Positions 56,534-64,000 of a stretch of 64,000 bases of DNA are shown in pieces. Positions within the stretch are counted from its first letter, which is position 1. Each line of letters opens with the position of its first letter. Under the pieces are notes generated by a model. The model saw only the letters and a list, made by a program, of their open reading frames with translations. It was not told the origin of the DNA and made no database searches. This stretch comes from an uncultured Verrucomicrobiae bacterium (GTDB lineage Bacteria; Verrucomicrobiota; Verrucomicrobiia; Chthoniobacterales; JAFAMB01). The stretch is from NCBI GenBank assembly GCA_963782115.1, contig CAWAIK010000001.1, positions 480,001-544,000 of the forward strand, written 5' to 3'. A program made the position numbers and the translations under genes.

Positions 56534-59500
56534 TCAAGCCGGCATCCGGGCTGCATTGACGTAAATGCGAACGAACTCTGCTAAATAAATGGCCGACAGA
56601 TCGGAAGCGTATGCGTGATATGAGTCGTCCTTTTCGGGGTCAGCGTAATCGCAGACTCCTTTGACCACCAGAGAACGGGTTCGGGAAAAGTCGGCTACTG
56701 CGCGATAGAATGCGTAACCTTCCATTTCAACGGCCCACGCGGTTCGAACTGGTCGCTGAACACGCTCGAACGGACGATCGCTACGAACCATACCGCCAGA
56801 CGCCATCGCTGCGACATGAACCTTAGGTTTTGTTGGATCGCGGAACGGAAATACTCGACTGAACTTCAGCTTTCGCACTCGGTCCTCATCCCGCAAGGCA
56901 AGATCTGATGTCAGTTCTGGCGTTTCGCCAGCCTGAAGCTCGGAAACAAGATCCCGCCAAGCGGGCGCGAAGCGATCCAGTTCTCGCTCATCAAGAGCAT
57001 CGATTCGTGGGGTGCGGTCATCAAGCAGGGCGTTAAGCAACCAGTCACGCTGTTGACGTTTGGATATGGGTCGTTCTAAGCGGTCTGCTTCTTCTGCCCA
57101 TTCCCTAAAGTTAGCGACAAATTGAAGTGTGCTTTGATCAGGTCCTTTCGTGTCGGTATCTGGCAAATGTCCGTCCGCGCCCAACACCATTTTGCCGCTG
57201 TCGTATTTGAAAGCCTTATTCGCCACAACCAAGTCACCGAGTTTAACCTTTTTCGGGTCTCCGGCACAAATACCGGTCATCCCGGCAAAGCGAGGTCGAA
57301 ACTCATTGAGTACGGCAGAGGTATGCAGACTGATTTCCTCAGGGCCGTTTCCCGCCGGCCACGATAGGTGAATTCTTAGATGTTCTTTCGCGTCATTGGT
57401 GATGGTTGCGTAATTGTATTGCCTGTTTGAGCGCGTGAACCTAGCCTTGAACTCCACGCCAAAGCGCTTTGAAAATACTTTGACAGCAGCTTCTCCTTCC
57501 TCTCGCATTGCACAGATGATGCACACGTCGTGAGACGAGGGATTGGTTTCCTACGATTTCGAAACTTTTTTCGTGAAGGCCGTCGATTCCATCAGGGCTG
57601 GTCGCCACCGCGCTTCGCGACATATCCTCGGATAGCTGACGTCGCTGTAAAATCTGACGCAACCCGGCGAAATTGTCCTTCACCATTTCTTCGAACCCGC
57701 GCGGGGCTAGAACATCGTTCACATAGGCGAGCATATCGCCGATCCGGTTGTGCCACTCCTGCATCGCCTTGTAGAGCCGGAAATCTGCCTCCCCGAGATC
57801 CTTGAAGCGCTGCTCCATCTCCTCGAAATCCGCTCGCCAGTGCGTAGTGTAGACGAGTCGATCGCGCCAAGTGCCGAAACGAGCATCGGCGAGCACTAGC
57901 GGGATGATCCGGCGCAAGAAGTCCTCTTTTTCTCCAAGCGATCGTTGGTAGATGGAATACAGCTCGGTCATGCAATAAGGCGAGCGAAGGTATTTATCGC
58001 TGAGCACAACGATCACGTGATCGGCAAGCCCAATGCGTTTCATGAAACCCGAGATCAGATCGCCTGAGCGAAGCGCGTTGCTGTCGCGGATGATATTCCA
58101 GCCGTCCTGTCCGAACGTCTCGCAGAGCCGATCAACGATTTCCTCGCGCTTTCGTGCGTCTGCTGAAGAATCATCGCCCCATGCGTAGGAAACGAAAATC
58201 TCGGGGGTGTTTTTGGGAGGAAGCTCCGGTCGGTCCGTGATTTGTAGTTGGCTCAGACCATCGGCTTTGTCGCCAAGGTCCGCGTCGCCGTGCGATGAAG
58301 AAACTGCGTCACCGATCGGCGAGTTTCGAACGAGGCGGGGCACGACCGAGGCGGAAGATGAAGAGACTGCATGGACACGGAATCTTTTGGTCTGCTCAAT
58401 CTTGGGTGCCTGACCGACCGGCAGTTTTCGGAGTGCCTCAAGCAGTGGGTCTATCAAGCTTTCGGCATTCTCACCCCATGCGCGAAACCGGATGGTGCCC
58501 GCACCGGTCTCGCTCTCAGCGTTATCCCACTTGCTCTCGATCAATACCTGGCTGCGTGTCTTCTGCTCGATAAAACCAACAGCCATACTTCCAGTAAATG
58601 GCCGCATCCTTGGCGTGCTCACCGAGTTTGGAGAGGTAACCACGCAGTATGCCTTCGTGGAGAAAAGCGTAGCGCGCAGTTGCCTCCGCGTCCGGAGCAT
58701 CATCGCGCAGCCGACCTAAAAGCTGTTCCTGGGCGTCGGACCATGTCGGGAGAAGTTCCGGCGCTATGTATTCCCATTCGTCATCGGAAAGTTTTCGCAA
58801 CTTAAAGCAGATGCCGCAGCTCTCCATCATGCCGAGAAAGACTTTCTGTTCCTCGGGCGTGTAGCTAGACCAGATGAGCAGCTCAAGATCCTCCCGGCTA
58901 AAACGTCCGTGGAGTTTCTTGAGTTGTTTAAAGCATTTGTACCGATGGAATATCGAATAGATCGCCTCCATCGCCCAATTCTGGTCGAGAATGATGCGGC
59001 CGCCGAAAAGCCCTGGCCGGTAAAGGATGACGCCGTTGTGGTGCAAGAAATCAAGCAGGGCGTCTTTGTCGCTAATCCCACCCACGTCGTCGCAAAGGCC
59101 GTCAAACTCGGTGCGTTCCAGTAAACGGTGTTGGCGTTTGGCAGGTTCGCGCTTCTGGTCCTCTTCGAGCATCTGTCGCAGCCGGTCGCGCACTGCCACG
59201 CGGCCCACACCAATAGGCGGCGGTGGGCGTCTCTCGAAGCGATCGCGCACGGATTCTTCGATGGCCGCCTTGACCAAGTTCAACCCCAACCCGGTCTTGG
59301 CGCTCACCTCTAGCCATCGTAGGAAGAAAAAATCGTTCACTTTTACGGGAGGATGCGAGGCTCGATCGCAAGCGGAATCGCATTGGCTTTGTACGATGAG
59401 TACGAAAGCATCTGTTCCGGCAAAGGCGCGAAGGTAATCAAGCCAGTAGGCAAGCGGTCGCCTCCGGAATGTCAGGTCGCCTTCGGAGTCTGTACCTGCT

Positions 59501-60846
59501 TCATGCGCAGGCGTCCAAAGAATGAGGAAGACGGCCTGACCTTGGAGAAAAAGTGAGTGCGACCCATAGTAGATTTCCTGGCCGCCAAAGTCCCAGAAAT
59601 TCAGCCGCACTGGTTCCGGGAAACCTTCGAGTGAGAGGGGCATATCGGTTAGCTGTATACCGTGAGTGCTGAAGACGTTCTTTTCGTCGAATGTCTCCCC
59701 GCGCAGTCGGCGGCACAGTTGCGTCTTGCCGACCCCGCCGTTGCCGAGAAACAAGACCTTGACCTCCGCGTCGATCCGTGGTCCGGACTTAAGGTCCTCG
59801 TAGTGAGCGCGAACTTTATCTAAGACATTTTGACCCCATTCCTTGCCGCAGACTTCAGGGGGGAGGTCCTCAAGCTTGCAGCCAAACAGGCGGAGTTCTT
59901 TCAAGGTGGGCAGCAAGGATTCGAGCGGAGCAAACCGGCGAACTCCGAGGCAGTCGTTCAGGTAGAGCTTTTGGAGCGAGGTGAGGCCCGCCAGCAGGGA
60001 AAGATCGCTGAGCTGCTCACACCTGAAGAGGTTGAGCGTCTGGAGCGAACTCAGACTTGCCAGCGGGGACAGGTCGCCGCTGAGCTGCTCGCACAGGGCG
60101 AGGTTGAGCGATTGGAGCGAGGTCAGGCCTGCCAGCGGTGAAAGATCGCGGAGCTGCCTGCACTTGGAGAGGTTGAGGTCTTGGAGCGAGGTGAGGCTTG
60201 TCAAGGGGTTCAGGTCGCCGAACTTCCAACACCCTGAGAGGCTGAGCGAATGGAGCGAAGTGAGGTGTGGCAGTGGGGACAAGTCGCCGCAGAGCTGCCT
60301 GCACTCAGAGAGGTCGAGCGATCGGAGCGAGGTGAGGCCTGCCAGTGGGGACAGGTCGCCACTGAGCTGCTCGCACTCATTGAGGAAGAGCGATTGGAGC
60401 GAGGTGAGGCCAGCCAGCGGGGAAAGATCGCCGCCGAGCTGCTTGCACCAAGAGAGGTCGAGCGATCGGAGCGAGGTGAGGCCCGCCAGTGGGGAGAGAT
60501 CGCCGCTGAGCTGCTCGCACCAAGAGAGGTCGAGCGATCGGAGCGAGGTGAGGCCCGCCAGTGGGGAGAGATCGCCGCTGAGCTGCCCGCACGAGCGGAG
60601 GTCGAGCTCTTGGAGCGAGGCGAGGCCGGCCAGCGGGGAAAGATTGCGAAGCTGCCTGCACGCGGAAAGGTTGAGCGATTGGAGCGAGGTGAGGCGTTCC
60701 AACTCTGGCGGAAGTCGAGTTAATGTTTCAAGTCCAGTGAGCTTCCATTCGCTGTCCATTCCCGTGAGATCTAATTTCAGTGCTCCGGTCTTTTCCGCTT
60801 CGCGGATACGACGCAGGGCTTTCTCGTAGGCTTCTTCCGGAGTCAT
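56534..60846 (-). CDS. LRR-Roc-COR-TIR-PNP multidomain protein (three overlapping ORFs, probably one gene with two indels)
   Basis: LRRs; Roc LGNGGVGKT, STHGI, WDFGGQE; COR; TIR IFVSYAW...LSDKYLRSPYCMTEL; PNP/MTA nucleosidase CIICAM.EE, TGICAG, LGD.VVA, VEMEG, KGVCDYAD. Confidence 0.85.
59880..60693 (-). repeat. Tandem 69-72 bp LRR-coding repeats (11-12 units)
   Basis: LTSLxSLxLxxCxQL(S/G)DLSPLAG units, some nearly identical at DNA level. Confidence 0.9.
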
Positions 60847-61040
60847 AAGTGGAATAACCCTTCTATCCTAACAGGGTGGCTCACGTCTTTCGAATGTAAA
60901 AATCCTTATAACTCTGCCCGACCGACAAACTGGCATTTGGCCCCAGTAGTTTATGACCAAGGATTTGAGCGAGAAAGATATCGTCGGTGATGTTTTTGGG
61001 TTTGAACCTGTGGCAACAGATGGCGCCGTAGGCGCTGCGG
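60765..61040 (-). repeat. Direct repeat copy B (protelomerase tail plus LRR gene start)
   Basis: Encodes LRSAYGAICCHRFKP...DDIFLAQILGHK...SYKDFYI then MTPEEAYE.ALRRIREAE.TGAL. Confidence 0.88.
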
Positions 61041-61256
61041 AGGCAGCCTGGTTTCCCGGGTTTGTCCAGAGAGCCGAAGGCGTGGGAAATGTACTTGGGG
61101 AGCTGAGGGAGCTTGGTCGTCCGACTGTCGGCATGGCCAGCGATCCGCTGGGCCACTTCTAGGGTTCCTCCGTTCTCCGTTTCAGAAGATTGGCTCCATC
61201 AATCCTGCTCATTGGCCGAGAAAGGGATGGATCTCAACCTGAGGGTCAAAGTGCTC

Positions 61257-61567
61257 TTACGACAATGGCTGTGAATTCGGGACGGATAATACGAGCTTGC
61301 CCTCTGTCTTTCGAGTTTCCAGGAGCTCATGGGCTTGTGCAGCTTGAGCCATCGGCAGCACGCGGCCGATATTCAATTTCAGCCAGCCCGCTCGTATTCC
61401 CGCGACGACATCGTTCGCTCGCCGCATCAGCTCCTCGTTACGAAGTTCACACCCGCAGCTACGACGCGCACCACCGCTTGGCCTGGGCCCGGTGCCTCGA
61501 TGGGCGCGATATCCACGAGTTTCAGCACTTCGGGTCCGCCTTGTTTTTCCACTCGAATGGCTTTCAT
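61257..61567 (-). pseudogene. Quinone oxidoreductase with large internal deletion
   Basis: N-terminus MKAIRV...GGPEVL...PGPGQ..VRV.AAGVNF joined directly to C-terminus AAQAHELLETRKTEGKLVL. Confidence 0.75.
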
Positions 61568-61700
61568 AACATGCCTCCTTTCGCCGCCGCGTGCGAGCCG
61601 GGAGTCGGCCAGGAACAGGCTCAACGACTAGAGAACGCGAAACAGTTGGTTCAACAGTACAAATATGATCATTTTGCATCGGGTCCAATGCTTAATCCTT

Positions 61701-61880
61701 ATGAACGCCCAAGAAGCTCAGACTCTCCAACTGCATGAGATGGTCGTCTGGACCCCGGATGGGATGAGGGGTGAAGTGATTGTGAAGGACGGTTCTGGCG
61801 TCAAAATCCGCTGGGAAGACGGCCAGTTCGGCTACTATCAATTTACCGACCTGCTGTCTCAAATCGAAAGGTTACCGTGA
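61701..61880 (+). CDS. Small hypothetical beta-barrel protein
   Basis: VVWTPDGMRGEV...VKIRWEDG. Confidence 0.4.
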   Translation: MNAQEAQTLQLHEMVVWTPDGMRGEVIVKDGSGVKIRWEDGQFGYYQFTDLLSQIERLP

Positions 61881-62247
61881 GTGAAGCACCAAGAACCAAA
61901 ACCCGAGGACGTGGTGAAGCAGGCTCAGGAGAAAGAACCGAGCTTTCTGAGAAGAACGAGAGATGCCTATTTTTAAATCATAGTGGTACCCGTTTGAGCC
62001 GACGATTCAAAATCCCGACCCGCGACTATCTTTGCTCGATCTTGCCGACTACTGCAATCGCAGAGCCCGAGCAGCCGCAGGAATAAACCAATGGCTCCGC
62101 ACCGAGCGGTCTGGTAGCCGCCATAGCGGAAAGCGTGAGCGCGAGAGGAAGGCGAAGGCTTTAGAGCTGGCTGGCACTCCGTCGGCTTTAGTGAGCATCG
62201 GGAGGCGTGGATGTCGACGCGAAACCGTGCGGGCGTCGCGGGTACGT

Positions 62248-63426
62248 TTAAGCAGGTAGTCGAATGATTTTGGTTTCCGTTTGCGGAGGCATAAGCGCCC
62301 AGAACGCCAGGGCTTCTGCCTCCTGCGAGCCTCGATGGTAGTGTCTAAACATCGTGTCGACCGAATCGTGGCCGCTCTGGAGCACCAGTTTATTGATGTC
62401 CTTGTGAACGGCTAACCAGTTAGAGCAGTAGGTATGTCTCATACCCGACGGGATCCATTTCTTTATCCCGGCTGCTTGCCAGTTCTTTGTGCGATGGTAT
62501 CTCAGTTCGCTTTCGTTGTAGGTGACGATTTTTCCGGTACCCGAACCGCCGAGGTCGTGGTATGCGACTAACCAGCCTTTAGCGTTCTCGGAAAGATCAG
62601 GAAACCGGCGCCGCCGCGTTTTTGAGACCTCGGGACGGATCACGACAATTCGATCTGTTAAATCGATGTCTGACCAGATCATTTCCTGGATTTCTCCGTC
62701 GGGTCGAATTCCGCAGAAAAAACCGAGTACGAGATAGGGGAGCAAGGGCAAATCATGGCTCAAGGCGTGATGGAGCATTTTTGAAACCTGACTGTTCGGA
62801 ATAATCTCGACTTCGCGCCTGGGGCGGTGAGCAAAATCAAGTCGGTTGATCGGGTTCTCTGAAAGATAATTTCGCTTTAACCCGAAGTTGAAAACTGCGC
62901 GAAGGTAGCGCATCACCGGATTGCGAGCACCGTCGCTCAGTTTCTTAAGGATCTGATCCAAGGTGCGGGCCGTGATGTCGGAGGCGAGCATTGGGTGCAA
63001 CTGCGGGAATCTATCCCGGGTTAAGCGCAATTCTTTTAGATACTGGGGGTCACGAGCCGCTTTCGCATCGAGGAACTGGTTGAACAGATCCAGAAAGGGG
63101 ACTGATTCGGTGCGAGCCTTATGCACAGCCATGCCGGTTCGAACAAGGTCCAGTAGGCTTAGCCCCGTACCCTCAAGAAGGTTGTAGGCCTCACTGGCTT
63201 CGGCGATTCGGGCTGGCGTCATAGTGGATAGGGACACGCCGAAATTATCACGCCGAGCCGTCAGCGTGTCCGCATCCAGGAGCGCAGCCGTTTTGGTGGG
63301 ATAAAAAAGCCGCTGCCGGCTGCCGGTTGACGACAGGTGAGGCGGAATACTCAGGCACCAAGGTGCTTTGCCTTGCGCTTTTCGGGTCTTGATCAGGGTT
63401 GGAATGAGGGGTGCGGTTCGAGCCAT
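62248..63426 (-). CDS. Tyrosine integrase of the element
   Basis: FCGIRPDGE, SKT, MRHTYCS, SGHDS...HY; start at MARTAP just inside attR. Confidence 0.92.
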   Translation of the reverse strand: MARTAPLIPTLIKTRKAQGKAPWCLSIPPHLSSTGSRQRLFYPTKTAALLDADTLTARRDNFGVSLSTMTPARIAEASEAYNLLEGTGLSLLDLVRTGMAVHKARTESVPFLDLFNQFLDAKAARDPQYLKELRLTRDRFPQLHPMLASDITARTLDQILKKLSDGARNPVMRYLRAVFNFGLKRNYLSENPINRLDFAHRPRREVEIIPNSQVSKMLHHALSHDLPLLPYLVLGFFCGIRPDGEIQEMIWSDIDLTDRIVVIRPEVSKTRRRRFPDLSENAKGWLVAYHDLGGSGTGKIVTYNESELRYHRTKNWQAAGIKKWIPSGMRHTYCSNWLAVHKDINKLVLQSGHDSVDTMFRHYHRGSQEAEALAFWALMPPQTETKIIRLPA

Positions 63427-63541
63427 ATCGGAGGTTGGGTGCCACTTGGTGCCAGTATTTTTGTGTACTTGTAGGTATTCATTGATACATGTAGCACAAA
63501 TTTCAATAGGAGAAGGCAAAATATCCCTCATGGTTACTGTC

Positions 63542-63593
63542 GACTTAGGATCTGGTGGAGAAATCCTTAGGGGTTCGAGTCCCCTCCTCGGCA
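63542..63593 (+). repeat. attR: displaced tRNA-Leu 3' half
   Basis: GACTTAGGATCTGGT-GGAGAAATCC-TT-AGGGG-TTCGAGT-CCCCT-CCTCGGCA. Confidence 0.92.
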
Positions 63594-64000
63594 AGTCATT
63601 GGCATACAGGAATATACAAGAGAAGTTGAGTTAAGCTCTCAACTGTTTCTCTCAACAAATGTGAGCGTGTGTCATCATGTTTGAGCTGGCGGTTCTCTGA
63701 TGCAAGACCGGTGAAGGTTGACGAAGTCAACGAACCGAAACTTCGTCTCTTTGAACAAAAATGACTCGAGAATGACGAGAAAAACCGGCGCTTCTTCTTA
63801 AAAGCGTTGCAGGAAGTCATGATCGGCCAGTAGTCGACCTAGAACGGCTTTTTCGCCCCCGCGTTCTTCTCAATGAAGGCTATCGTCCGCTTCTAACCGG
63901 ACTTTGTGGTTGAAACTCGTAAAAGGCGTTGAAAAGGTCTCCCCAACAAAACGTATTTTCTAAACGTTCCGCGCACGCAATGTCACCATTCTTTTCTTCA

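Larger units (their letters stand above)
20274..63593. mobile_element. ~43 kb tyrosine-integrase integrative element in tRNA-Leu
   Basis: 15-bp GACTTAGGATCTGGT at 20274-20288 and 63542-63556, second tRNA 3' half to 63593, integrase next to the right end, GGTGCCA tandem repeats near both ends. Confidence 0.92.

Noticed and set aside
59830..60829. Long repetitive plus-strand ORFs; possible CRISPR-like array
   Set aside because: Antisense shadows of LRR-coding repeats; units are contiguous with no unique spacers and no cas genes are present
56096..61040. Diversity-generating retroelement template/variable repeat pair
   Set aside because: No reverse transcriptase, and differences between copies are not confined to adenines
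20326..63541. Intact prophage or ICE
   Set aside because: No capsid, portal, tail, large terminase, relaxase or type IV secretion genes recognised
63427..63594. N-terminal extension of the integrase ORF (MPRRGLEPLRISPPDPKS...)
   Set aside because: It is the antisense translation of the tRNA-derived attR; the likely start is ATG at 63426
63596..64000. Possible gene beyond attR
   Set aside because: No recognisable motif in the short sequence available

Overview
The window has two parts. (1) 1-20.3 kb is bacterial core chromosome: gltB 5' end, Lrp-like regulator, pheA, scpB/scpA, pdxJ, purH, TetR, rpiA, DCC1-lipase maturation factor, a small decayed islet, ssb, rpsF, pth, rplY, prs, dnaE and tRNA-Leu(TAG). 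Gene style suggests Verrucomicrobia (inference). Many essential genes are split by frameshifts, which most likely reflects indel errors of an unpolished long-read assembly. (2) 20.3-63.6 kb is a ~43 kb integrative element inserted in the tRNA-Leu anticodon arm, with the displaced tRNA 3' half at 63542-63593 and a tyrosine integrase at 62248-63426. Its backbone has a repressor/Xis pair and a compact operon (HTH, winged helix, putative SSB, family A DNA polymerase) with no intact primase or helicase, next to a repeat- and hairpin-rich candidate origin. The cargo is a mosaic of intact defence-like genes and gene remnants: an LRR-Roc-COR-TIR-PNP giant protein bracketed by direct repeats that contain protelomerase C-terminal remnants, a membrane NACHT protein, a truncated TIR-NACHT, Mrr-like and DUF6602-like nucleases, DUF2971, a mini tyrosine recombinase with a res-like site, an internally inverted AAA/RepA helicase remnant with iterons, a terminase-small-subunit-like gene, an IS1634-like element, and a DUF4338-carrying IS with a 17-bp hairpin target duplication. 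Family assignments come from motif recognition by eye; no database searches were run.
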